From the NCBI GenBank assembly GCA_048617235.1, contig JBMCHT010000001.1, positions 54,043 to 118,042 on the forward strand: a stretch of DNA of 64,000 nt. The letters run 5' to 3'. The stretch is from Patescibacteria group bacterium. Its GTDB lineage: Bacteria; Patescibacteriota; Minisyncoccia; Phycocordibacterales; XYD1-FULL-46-19. This document shows positions 55,104 to 63,932 of this stretch, piece after piece (position 1 is the stretch's first letter; the number at the start of each line of letters is the position of its first letter). Position numbers and translations under genes: made by a program. The notes beneath the pieces were generated by a model that made no database searches, had not been told where the DNA came from, and saw only the letters and a program-made list of their open reading frames with translations.

Positions 55104-55322
55104 TAGATGGGAGAAGGTGGCCGATCTAAGGCAAAAACCAACACACAATTCAGTAAAAAAACGCCTTGGTATTAACCACCTTCTCCCCTTCCTTCTGCCT
55201 TTTAAAGATAAAGCGGGGTCGAGACGACCCAAATCCCACAAACAGCTGTGAGGCCTGTTTGATGAAAGATTAGCCGTTCTCGGCTCCGCCCCCAACCCCC
55301 GAATAACTCGGGGGTTTATTTA
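55104..55322 (+). ncRNA. Candidate ~215-nt structured RNA (unclassified), promoter-to-terminator unit with no downstream same-strand gene
   Basis: 12-bp perfect closing helix GGGAGAAGGTGG(55109-55120)/CCACCTTCTCCC(55176-55187). Hairpins GGGTCG-aga-CGACCC and CAAACAG-N9-CTGTTTG. Terminator CCCCCGA-ataac-TCGGGGG plus TTTATTT. Confidence 0.45.
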
Positions 55323-55326
55323 TAAA

Positions 55327-55752
55327 TTATTCTTCAGTTAGTTGAGTTACCGTTCCCACCTGATCAGCCGGAGTTAGACCTAATTCAAATACCACCCACT
55401 GCCAGGCTGAAAGATTATTTAATAAATTTTCCCGAAAATTATTAAAATTTATATTTTGACTTTCTCCTTCCACTAAAATAGTTATTTGAGGATCTTTAAC
55501 TAAAATTAAATCTTTAATACCTGCAAGATCTTCATTATTACCAACCCCTCCTTCTAAATAATCCACCGGATCAACCACTAAATGCCATTCACTTTCAGAT
55601 TCATAAATATCTCGAATAAAAACAGTCTCGTAATCAACAATAGCTTGATTAACTTGATTACCATTCTGCCACCACAGCCAACCAGTTACAGCTAAAATTA
55701 ACAATAAACCACCAACTATATATTTTATTTTAAAATTTTCTCTTTGTCTCAT
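55327..55752 (-). CDS. Hypothetical membrane-anchored protein
   Basis: N-terminal TM 'YIVGGLLLILAVTGWLWW'. No known domain. Confidence 0.4.
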   Translation of the reverse strand: MRQRENFKIKYIVGGLLLILAVTGWLWWQNGNQVNQAIVDYETVFIRDIYESESEWHLVVDPVDYLEGGVGNNEDLAGIKDLILVKDPQITILVEGESQNINFNNFRENLLNNLSAWQWVVFELGLTPADQVGTVTQLTEE

Positions 55753-55836
55753 AATCTTTATTTTAACATTTTATATTTTTTTAACCAATTAAAAAACCCG
55801 GGGCTATCTCTTTTGCGAAATTACCCCGGGTGTGTT

Positions 55837-56265
55837 TTAGCGAGTCAAAATTTTGTCCACGCAGGGAACAAGGTGAGGCAATTGAAGACAGATTGTATTC
55901 CGCAACTCAAATACCTCACCGGGGGTAGAAGTGTGTTTAAAAGCGCCTTGCAAGCAAAGCTTAATCATCACCTCGGCCAATCCCTGTAGTGACTGACTCT
56001 CAAAAATAAGACTATCAATCAGCTTAATAATCTTTATCAAGTCAGCCGGTTCTTTGGCCTGAAGTCGAGCTTGGCACAAGGCCCTTAAAGCCAAGAGGCC
56101 GTCAATCCGACTGAAGGCCCGGCCAACCTCCAACCACTGCCAACACGCCAGATCCTCAATCAAAAGACCTTGAAAAAAGCGCTGGGCTTTCTCCCTAGTT
56201 TTCGATTGAGAATTTTGATTGACATACTGATTAAAAAGCTTCAGCATCTGATTCAAATCAGCCAT
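55837..56265 (-). CDS. Hypothetical alpha-helical protein (142 aa), second gene of a GC-richer two-gene operon. Start at ATG 56265, not the longer ORF-track call.
   Basis: Strong RBS 'AGAGGAGGA' 6 nt upstream. Start 1 nt after the zinc-ribbon gene's stop. Downstream hairpin plus T6 terminator (~55795-55830). Confidence 0.5.
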   Translation of the reverse strand: MADLNQMLKLFNQYVNQNSQSKTREKAQRFFQGLLIEDLACWQWLEVGRAFSRIDGLLALRALCQARLQAKEPADLIKIIKLIDSLIFESQSLQGLAEVMIKLCLQGAFKHTSTPGEVFELRNTICLQLPHLVPCVDKILTR

Positions 56266-56266
56266 C

Positions 56267-56443
56267 TTAAGTCCTCCTCTTTTTGCCCTCCAAACATTTC
56301 GGACACAAGTACCGACGCTGTCCCCGCTTATCCTTTTTGACAACCAAAGCAAAGGCCTGAACCCTGTTCGACCAGCGACCGGATTGGCCACAAATATCAC
56401 AAACCTGATTGTCCGGCAAAGAATAATAGACAGATACCTTCAT
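56267..56443 (-). CDS. Small zinc-ribbon protein (58 aa, CxxC-N27-CxxC)
   Basis: 'MKVSVYYSLPDNQVCDICGQSGRW...RYLCPKCLEG'. RBS 'AGGAAGAAG' 7 nt before ATG 56443. The ORF-track TTG extension is unlikely. Confidence 0.5.
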   Translation of the reverse strand: MKVSVYYSLPDNQVCDICGQSGRWSNRVQAFALVVKKDKRGQRRYLCPKCLEGKKRRT

Positions 56444-56552
56444 TTTCTTCTTCCTTCTGTTAAAGACCCGAGTTTCTATTACAGCAAACAAGAAAAGTTA
56501 TTAAAAAGCAAGCCCTTGCCTCTTTGGGTAATATCGGGCAAAATATTAAGAT

Positions 56553-57806
56553 ATGAAACAAAACTGGTTTGAAAAATTTTATCAGCGTCATTTTGAAGAT
56601 TGGAGTAATATATCCGGATCCGAATTATTGAATTTTATTTTACCTAAAGCCGAAACTATCATTACTGAAAAAGAATTAACAGAAAAATTAAACTCCGGCA
56701 AAAAATTAAAAATTAAATTCGGCATTGATCCCACTGGAGCTCAAATACATTTAGGTCATGTAGTACCCATTATGCTTTTGCGCCAATTTTTAAGAGCCGG
56801 ACATGATATAGATTTTATTATAGGAGATTTTACCGCTCGTATCGGAGATCCGGCCGGTCGTACTACTGAAAGAGTACCTTTAACCTCAAATCAAATAGAT
56901 GACAATCAAAAAAATTACGAACAACAAATAGCTCGTTTTATAGATTTGGATAAAATCAGAGTCCATCGTAATTCTTCTTGGCTAACGCAAGTTTCTTTGG
57001 AAGATTTAATCAGTATTTTACAAACTGTTAGTGCTAAAGAGGCTCTCCAAAGAGATGACTTTCGTCAACGCCTGAAAAAAAATGAAGGTTTATCTTTAGC
57101 TGAGATAATTTATGGTGTTTTAATGGGTTTAGACTCTCTGGAGCTTAAAAACGATATCGAGGTCGGTGGAATTGATCAATTACTTAATTTTCAACAATGT
57201 CGAGAAGTAATGGCCGCTACCGGCCTAGAAAAAGAAACAGTCATTACCACTCCTTTAATAGAAGGTTTAGCCGGGGATGGTCAAAAAATGAGTAAAAGTT
57301 TAGATAATCATATCCCCTTAGAAGCCCCGGCAGATGAAAAATTCGGCTTAATTATGTCTGCCCCCGATAATTTAATTACTCAATATACTCGAAGCTGGGC
57401 AGATATTAATCAAGAAGAATTAACGGATTGGAATAATTTCATTTTAAGTGATCCCCTGGAAGCCAAAAAGCAATTAGCTAGTTATTTAGTAGCCATAGAA
57501 GCTAAAAATCCTGAGGCCGGCGTAACCGCTAGAGAAAATTTTGAAAGAAAATTCAGTCAAAAAGTTTTAAAAGAAGAAGATTACATTACCATTAAAACCG
57601 GAGACGGTACGACTATCTTCTCAGCTTTAGCCAATAGTGATCAATTTTCCAGCAACAACCAACTTCGACGACTTTTCCAAGAAACTGCTATTCGTCTTAT
57701 AACCGAAAATAATGAAGAAGAAATTTTAGAACCGGATTTTGTTATAACTAAAAATATTAATCTGCGAGCCGGTAAAACTCTTTTCTTGAAAATAAAAATT
57801 GATTAA
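56553..57806 (+). CDS. tyrS: Tyrosyl-tRNA synthetase
   Basis: 'GIDPTGAQIHLGHVVPI' HIGH region, 'IGDFTARIGDPAGRTTER', 'KMSKSLDN'. ~417 aa. Confidence 0.85.
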   Translation: MKQNWFEKFYQRHFEDWSNISGSELLNFILPKAETIITEKELTEKLNSGKKLKIKFGIDPTGAQIHLGHVVPIMLLRQFLRAGHDIDFIIGDFTARIGDPAGRTTERVPLTSNQIDDNQKNYEQQIARFIDLDKIRVHRNSSWLTQVSLEDLISILQTVSAKEALQRDDFRQRLKKNEGLSLAEIIYGVLMGLDSLELKNDIEVGGIDQLLNFQQCREVMAATGLEKETVITTPLIEGLAGDGQKMSKSLDNHIPLEAPADEKFGLIMSAPDNLITQYTRSWADINQEELTDWNNFILSDPLEAKKQLASYLVAIEAKNPEAGVTARENFERKFSQKVLKEEDYITIKTGDGTTIFSALANSDQFSSNNQLRRLFQETAIRLITENNEEEILEPDFVITKNINLRAGKTLFLKIKID

Positions 57807-58696
57807 CTAAAATCTTGGTTAAATTCTTGATACCACCGATGGATTTTATCACCATAACGTTCATCTTTTAGAGATAAATACAATAAAGATTTAAGCCAAT
57901 CTTCTTTAGTGCCACACTCCAACCACCGCCCTTCAAATTCCAAACCATAAATCGGTAAATTATTAGTCACCGCCCGACTTAAACCATCAGCTAAATTTAA
58001 TTCACCATTTACCCCTTTATCTATATTGCTTAAAATGGAAATTACATCAGGCATTAAAATATATTTTCCTACTACCGCTAAATCTGAGGGCTCCGTACCA
58101 ATTTTTGGTTTTTCAACAAATGATTTTATTTTATGAATCTTAGATTCAACCACCTCAGTAGCCACTACTCCGTAGGCAGAAAGTTTTGATCGAGGCACTC
58201 GCGACAAAGCTAAAATTGTCTCTTGGTATTTATCAAAAGATTCTAAAAGTTGAGCCAAGCAAGGTTTATCAGCCTCTACCACATCATCGGCAAATAAACA
58301 GGCTATTGGTTCTTTATTGGATAATAATTTTTCGTCAAAGACTCTCAATAAAGCATCGCCATTACCGACCGGCTTATCTTGAACAAGCCAATCAATTTTA
58401 AAAAACTTATACAAATCATCTATTTTATCCAGCTCGGATAAAAGATCTTTTTTTCCTCTTTCAGTTAAAACATTAACCAAAGAAGATCGAGGAGACAAAT
58501 AATCTAAAACTAGTTGATTATCTGATCCCCCCACAAAAACTATATGTTTGATACCGGCCAATTTAATCTCTTCTAAAATATAATGAATAATGGGCAAATC
58601 CCCCAAAGGCCACATCTCTTTCGGTATAGTTTTAGATAAAGGTAAAAACCGGCTACCTAATCCCCCTAATAAAACTACCGCGGTTTCTATTTTCAT
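57803..58696 (-). CDS. galU: UTP--glucose-1-phosphate uridylyltransferase (sugar nucleotidyltransferase)
   Basis: 'VVLLGGLGSRFLPLSKTIPKEMWPL' nucleotidyltransferase G-rich loop. ~297 aa. Confidence 0.75.
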   Translation of the reverse strand: MKIETAVVLLGGLGSRFLPLSKTIPKEMWPLGDLPIIHYILEEIKLAGIKHIVFVGGSDNQLVLDYLSPRSSLVNVLTERGKKDLLSELDKIDDLYKFFKIDWLVQDKPVGNGDALLRVFDEKLLSNKEPIACLFADDVVEADKPCLAQLLESFDKYQETILALSRVPRSKLSAYGVVATEVVESKIHKIKSFVEKPKIGTEPSDLAVVGKYILMPDVISILSNIDKGVNGELNLADGLSRAVTNNLPIYGLEFEGRWLECGTKEDWLKSLLYLSLKDERYGDKIHRWYQEFNQDFS

Positions 58697-58768
58697 TAAT
58701 TATAATATTAGCATATTTAAAATTAAAAGACTTTTTCAAAAATAATTAATCTGCTATAGTAATTAGAT

Positions 58769-60508
58769 ATGGAATCCCAAAACAATGATTTAGAAACCAA
58801 ACGCCATTCTCTGGCTCATTTGTTGGCAGCAGCGGTAATTAAATTATACCCGGAAGCCAAGCCCACTTTAGGCCCGGCTATAGAATACGGTTTTTATTAT
58901 GATTTCGACATTCCTCAAACCATTACCGAAAAAGATTTACAAATTATAGAAACGGAAATGAAAAAGATATTAAAAACTTGGTCCGGTTTTACTAAAAAAA
59001 CCGTTTCTGCCGAAGAAGCTAAATCTTTATATCAAGATAATCCTTATAAACTGGAATTAATTCAAGAAATAATTAATAAACAAGAACCGATTACGCTTTA
59101 TATTTCCGGAGAGGGAGATAATCAATTTACTGATTTATGTCAAGGTGGTCATACAAACAATATAAAGGAAATTCCCTTAAATAGTTTTAAATTGGACAGA
59201 ATAGCCGGTGCTTATTGGCGTGGGAATGAAAAAAACAAAATGCTTACCAGGATTTATGGATTAGCTTTTAATGACAAAAAAGAATTAGAAGAATTTTTAA
59301 AACAAAAAGAAGAAGCCAAAAAAAGAGATCACCGTAAATTAGGTCAGGAATTGGATTTATTTACTTTTTCAGATTTAGTCGGAGCCGGCTTACCTTTATT
59401 CACTCCCAAAGGTACAGCCATTCGCCAAGCTCTCCAAGATAAATTGTTATTAATTAGCAAGCGCTATGGTATGCAACCGGTTACCATTCCCCATATTGCC
59501 AAAAAAGCTCTTTATGAAACTTCCGGGCATGCCGATAAATTCAGTGATGAATTAATAAAAGTAGTCAGTCATTATGATGAATTTGTAATGAAACCGGTTA
59601 ATTGTCCTCATCACACTCAAATTTACACTTCTCGTCCTCGTAGTTATCGTGATTTGCCTTTGCGTTATATGGAATCCACTATGCAATACCGAGATGAAAA
59701 ACCGGGAGAAATCGGTGGTTTAACTCGTGTTCGTTCTATTACTTGTGACGACGGTCATATTTTTTGCATGGTTAATCAAATCCAAAACGAAGTTAAACAA
59801 ATAGCTCAAATTATTAAAGAATTTTATACTGAATTAGGTATGTATGGTAATCACTGGGTTTCTTTATCTGTTCGTGATCCCCGCAAACCGGAAGATTATA
59901 TAGGTGAAGAACCGGACTGGATTCAAGCCGAACAAATGCTCCAAAATGTTTCCGATGAACTTAAACTGGATGCTAAAATTATGGAAGGCGAAGCCGCTAT
60001 CTATGGCCCTAAATTAGATTACATGTTTAAAGATTCACTAGGTAGAGAAAGACAATTGGCTACTATTCAAGTGGATTTTGCTATGCCTAAACGTTTTAAA
60101 CTTGAATATGTAGCCGAGGACGGCTCTTTGCAAACTCCGGTTATGATCCATCGGGCTATTCTTGGTTCTTATGAAAGATTTTTAGCCATTTTAATAGAAC
60201 ATTTTGCCGGCGCTTTTCCTGTCTGGCTATCTCCGGTGCAAACCAAAATTATTCCCATTAGTCAAGATCAAGAAAAATTTGCCACTGAAATTTACAATCA
60301 ATTAAAAAACAAAGATATTCGAGTGGAAATAGATTTAAGTAAAGATACTTTAGGCAAAAAAATAAGACGAGCTAAACAAGAAAAAATTCCCTATTTAGCA
60401 GTTATTGGAGACAAAGAAGTCTCTAGCAATAAGATAAATATAGATAGCCGTGATCAGGGTCAGTTGGGAACAATCACTTTAGATGAATTTTTAAAATTAC
60501 TCGTATAG
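58769..60508 (+). CDS. thrS: Threonyl-tRNA synthetase lacking the N-terminal TGS domain
   Basis: Starts at the editing-domain 'RHSLAHLLAAAV' motif. 'RDHRKLGQELDLF' and class II catalytic core. C-terminal anticodon-binding domain. Confidence 0.9.
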   Translation: MESQNNDLETKRHSLAHLLAAAVIKLYPEAKPTLGPAIEYGFYYDFDIPQTITEKDLQIIETEMKKILKTWSGFTKKTVSAEEAKSLYQDNPYKLELIQEIINKQEPITLYISGEGDNQFTDLCQGGHTNNIKEIPLNSFKLDRIAGAYWRGNEKNKMLTRIYGLAFNDKKELEEFLKQKEEAKKRDHRKLGQELDLFTFSDLVGAGLPLFTPKGTAIRQALQDKLLLISKRYGMQPVTIPHIAKKALYETSGHADKFSDELIKVVSHYDEFVMKPVNCPHHTQIYTSRPRSYRDLPLRYMESTMQYRDEKPGEIGGLTRVRSITCDDGHIFCMVNQIQNEVKQIAQIIKEFYTELGMYGNHWVSLSVRDPRKPEDYIGEEPDWIQAEQMLQNVSDELKLDAKIMEGEAAIYGPKLDYMFKDSLGRERQLATIQVDFAMPKRFKLEYVAEDGSLQTPVMIHRAILGSYERFLAILIEHFAGAFPVWLSPVQTKIIPISQDQEKFATEIYNQLKNKDIRVEIDLSKDTLGKKIRRAKQEKIPYLAVIGDKEVSSNKINIDSRDQGQLGTITLDEFLKLLV

Positions 60509-61396
60509 ATGAATTAAATACTCATCTATATCCCTTTGATTCCAATCATAAAAATTATCTCCCTCCCGGTGTAAATCTTTAGCCAAACGTACCCCCACAA
60601 AACGCCAATGCCAAGGTTCAAAAAGATAATAATCATTATCTTCCGAATAAGATAAAACAAAACCAAAACGATGAGCATTATCCAAAAGCCAGTCATAGGC
60701 TTCGGTTTTAGCAAAATCTGTAAAATTTAAACCTAATTCTTCTGTAGTTAAATCAACTGCCGTCCCTAATTGATGTTCAGAATAACCCTGATCAGCCGAA
60801 AACTCATTGGCGGTACCCACCCCATATCTTATTTTATAATTTTCCTTTAATTTAAATTGTTCTTGGAAAGAACGATAACCGGAAATAAGGCGTAAATCTA
60901 TATCATCTCTAGCGGCCGCTCGAATCATATCTGACAAATAAGGCCAAACTTTTTCTTGAATCAATACATTTTTATTTTCAACCGCAACATATCTATCATC
61001 TATTTCTATTAAATCAGCCGGAGCATAATGTTCATTCAAAAAATAAACTCGGGAATATTTTTTTAATAATTCCGGATCAGTTTGACTTAATTTTTCCAAA
61101 TCTCCCACTGAACCGGTTACTCCTTCCACTTGATCGGACAACATATCCAAACGACTACTTTCTTGATTTAGAGAATTTCTAAGATTACTTATATCTTGAG
61201 TTAACATTTCTATCTCATTTTCTGCTTCATTTAAACTCTTTGAAGTTTTGGTTTGCTCTTCGTTTAAATTATCAAATTGGGTTTTTAAAATATCCAATGA
61301 ATACCAATTATAACCACCAATTCCAATTTGTAACAAAAATAAACCAATTAAACCAATTAGAATTAAATTTATTTTACTAAAATCTATTTTATACAT
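60497..61396 (-). CDS. Membrane-anchored D-Ala-D-Ala carboxypeptidase-like zinc peptidase (M15B/VanY family)
   Basis: N-terminal TM plus coiled coil. 'SGYRSFQEQ', 'SEHQLGTAVDL', 'EPWHWR' M15 motifs. Confidence 0.75.
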   Translation of the reverse strand: MYKIDFSKINLILIGLIGLFLLQIGIGGYNWYSLDILKTQFDNLNEEQTKTSKSLNEAENEIEMLTQDISNLRNSLNQESSRLDMLSDQVEGVTGSVGDLEKLSQTDPELLKKYSRVYFLNEHYAPADLIEIDDRYVAVENKNVLIQEKVWPYLSDMIRAAARDDIDLRLISGYRSFQEQFKLKENYKIRYGVGTANEFSADQGYSEHQLGTAVDLTTEELGLNFTDFAKTEAYDWLLDNAHRFGFVLSYSEDNDYYLFEPWHWRFVGVRLAKDLHREGDNFYDWNQRDIDEYLIHLYE

Positions 61397-61513
61397 AACT
61401 CGATTATTCTAACACAAATTACTCTATTTTAAAATCAAATCGTCAAATTTGGCAAAAAAACTACAAATAGGTTACAATAATTAACATTAAATCTTGATTA
61501 TTAAAACCATTTT

Positions 61514-62719
61514 ATGTCTATTGATTCTATTGACCTAGCTTATGAAAAAAGTTTAGATTTGTTACACAATTTGAGTTCTGAAAAAGGATTTTTGGCCTCT
61601 ACTGAAGATGTTTCTAATTATAAACGCTTATGGGCTCGGGATAGTGCGGTAGCTATTTTGGCTTCTTTGGTAGCCGGAGATAAAGATCTTGTGTTTACTT
61701 CTCTTCATTCTTTGGAATCTCTCAGACGCCAACAAGACACTACCGGTCGTCTACCCAGTAATATTGCTTTTGATGAAAAAAATCAAGTTAAAAAAGTTAG
61801 TTATGGTCAAACCGTTGGCCGTATAGATGCCACTATTTGGTATATTATTGCCGTTTGCCAATTTGCTATCTATACCGAAGATAAAAAATTTTTTAATCTT
61901 TTTCAAGAATCTCTCAAAAAAGCACTTTTTTATTTAGAATGTTTGGAATTAAACAATAAAGGTTTAATTTACTTTCCTCAAGGAGCCGATTGGGCGGATG
62001 AATATATAGATCATGGTTATATTTTACTTAATCAACTTTTAAGGTTAATAGCTCTAAAAAGTTACTACCATTTAACCCAAAATGAAAAAATAGCCAAAGA
62101 TATAGAAGAATTAACCAATCTGATTTTAATCAATTATTTTCCTGACGAAGAAAACTTGGATAATCCTTATGTTTATAATAAAGTCTTGTTTACCGAAAGC
62201 ATTAAAGAATACGAACCGCCTTTGCCTATCTCCTATTTTACTACCCATAGTGTTCATTATCATGATAGTAATTTTGCCAATGCTTTAGTTCTTCTAACCC
62301 AAATTTGCGAACCGGCAGACACAGCCGCCATCATGGATTGTGTTTTAGAGAAATATCTCAATCAAGGTCAAAAGATAATTCCAGCCTTTGCCCCGGTAAT
62401 AACCGAAGACGATCCTTTATGGCAAAAACTGGTTTTCCATTATCGTTATGAATTTAAAAACAAACCTTACCAATTTCACAATGGTGGTTTATGGCCTTTA
62501 GTTCATGGCTTTTTCTTAGCCGGTACCACCAAAGAAAAAGGCAAGCCTCACCTACAAACTTTTGCCGAAAAACTAGCTAAGGATAATTTTATTTTTCCGG
62601 AATATTATGATGGTCAAACTGAAGAAGCTCAAGGTACTAAATATTTAGGGTTTTCCGCCAGTGCTTATATAATAGCTTACAATTCTCTTATTAAAGATAG
62701 ACGCCCCTTTATTTTATGA
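61514..62719 (+). CDS. Alkaline/neutral invertase-like glycoside hydrolase (GH100, (alpha/alpha)6 barrel)
   Basis: 'LWARDSAVA', 'YQFHNGGLWPLV', 'FPEYYDGQ' collinear with plant/cyanobacterial neutral invertase ('YHNGGSWP', 'WPEYYDG'). Confidence 0.65.
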   Translation: MSIDSIDLAYEKSLDLLHNLSSEKGFLASTEDVSNYKRLWARDSAVAILASLVAGDKDLVFTSLHSLESLRRQQDTTGRLPSNIAFDEKNQVKKVSYGQTVGRIDATIWYIIAVCQFAIYTEDKKFFNLFQESLKKALFYLECLELNNKGLIYFPQGADWADEYIDHGYILLNQLLRLIALKSYYHLTQNEKIAKDIEELTNLILINYFPDEENLDNPYVYNKVLFTESIKEYEPPLPISYFTTHSVHYHDSNFANALVLLTQICEPADTAAIMDCVLEKYLNQGQKIIPAFAPVITEDDPLWQKLVFHYRYEFKNKPYQFHNGGLWPLVHGFFLAGTTKEKGKPHLQTFAEKLAKDNFIFPEYYDGQTEEAQGTKYLGFSASAYIIAYNSLIKDRRPFIL

Positions 62720-63543
62720 TTCTTCTGGCTACAGATCTAGACAGAACCCTATTGCCCAATGGATCAGAACCTGATTCCGGTCACTTACATATTTTATTTA
62801 ATAGCTTAAAATCCAAAAATATTAAATTAGCTTATGTCAGTGGCCGTAATCTTCCTCTATTACAAACAGCTCTAAAAAAATATTCCTTACCTTTGCCGGA
62901 TATTTTTATTGGGGCCGTCGGTACTGAAATTTATCAAAAAAATAAAGACCAACTTATCCCCGATCCTCTATGGCCGGAATATGTTATTAATAATTCACCT
63001 AATTGGGATGATGCTTGGATCAGACAAAATATCAAAGAACCGGAAATAAATCTACAAGAACCGGAAGTTCAAAATCCTTTTAAGGTCAGTTTTTATTGTT
63101 CAACTAATGAACAAATAGATAATTTAATAAAAAAAATAAAATCTAAATTAGAAACTAAACATATTTCCGCCAAAACTGTTTATAGTTTTGACCCTCTGAA
63201 AAAAATCGGTCTCTTGGATATCTTGCCGGCAATTACCAGTAAAGTCGGGGCAATTGAATATATTAGACAACAGTTGCAATTAACCAAAGATCAAGTAATT
63301 TATTGTGGCGACAGTGGTAACGATATCCACCCCCTAACCGCCGGTTATAAATCAATTATGGTTAAAAATGTTGATCAGCAGACCCGACAAGCGGTAACCA
63401 CTCATCATCAAAATAATAAAACCGAGCATCTGTTATACCAATCCCAAGGAGGCGTAGTCGGCAACGGCCACTACGCCTCCGGAATCTTGGAAGGATTAAT
63501 TCATTTCCAAATTATTTCTTCACAAGATATTTTCGAACAATAA
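62716..63543 (+). CDS. HAD-IIB phosphatase (sucrose-phosphate phosphatase-like)
   Basis: 'LLATDLDRTLL' motif I. 'YVSGRNL' and 'GDSGNDI' HAD-IIB motifs. ATGA overlap with the invertase-like gene. Confidence 0.7.
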   Translation: MILLATDLDRTLLPNGSEPDSGHLHILFNSLKSKNIKLAYVSGRNLPLLQTALKKYSLPLPDIFIGAVGTEIYQKNKDQLIPDPLWPEYVINNSPNWDDAWIRQNIKEPEINLQEPEVQNPFKVSFYCSTNEQIDNLIKKIKSKLETKHISAKTVYSFDPLKKIGLLDILPAITSKVGAIEYIRQQLQLTKDQVIYCGDSGNDIHPLTAGYKSIMVKNVDQQTRQAVTTHHQNNKTEHLLYQSQGGVVGNGHYASGILEGLIHFQIISSQDIFEQ

Positions 63544-63545
63544 AT

Positions 63546-63932
63546 TTATTCTGTGGTTTGACCGTCAAAATGTTCCTCGATCTCATCAGCTTTGGTTTTA
63601 TGAACCGTGCCTTCTTTATGCTCCGGCGGAGAATAAACGGAATACAATTTCAAAGGAACCGAGCCGATATTAATCACATTATGGCTCATTCCTTGGGGGA
63701 TGACAATGGCGTCATCATCACTCAATTCATGTTCGACTCCATCTAAAACAGCTTTAGCCTGACCGGCTTCTATTCTAATAAACTGATCTAAGTCATGAAC
63801 CTCCTCCCCTATTTCATCCCCCGGTTCAATAGACATTAAGACCAACTGGCTATTTTTAGCCGTATAAACCACCCGCCGATAATCCGTATTATCTTTGGTA
63901 GCTTTTTCAATGTTATCTATATATCCTTTCAT
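63546..63932 (-). CDS. Cupin-domain protein
   Basis: 'EPGDEIGEEVH...DQFIRIEAGQAKAVLDG' two-His cupin motifs, 128 aa. Confidence 0.65.
   Translation of the reverse strand: MKGYIDNIEKATKDNTDYRRVVYTAKNSQLVLMSIEPGDEIGEEVHDLDQFIRIEAGQAKAVLDGVEHELSDDDAIVIPQGMSHNVINIGSVPLKLYSVYSPPEHKEGTVHKTKADEIEEHFDGQTTE

Noticed and set aside
55101-55295. Minus-strand 64-aa ORF over the structured RNA; also plus-strand ORFs 55744-55989 and 56384-56572
   Set aside because: Arg/Pro-rich translations characteristic of GC-rich non-coding sequence read in the wrong sense. No start context.
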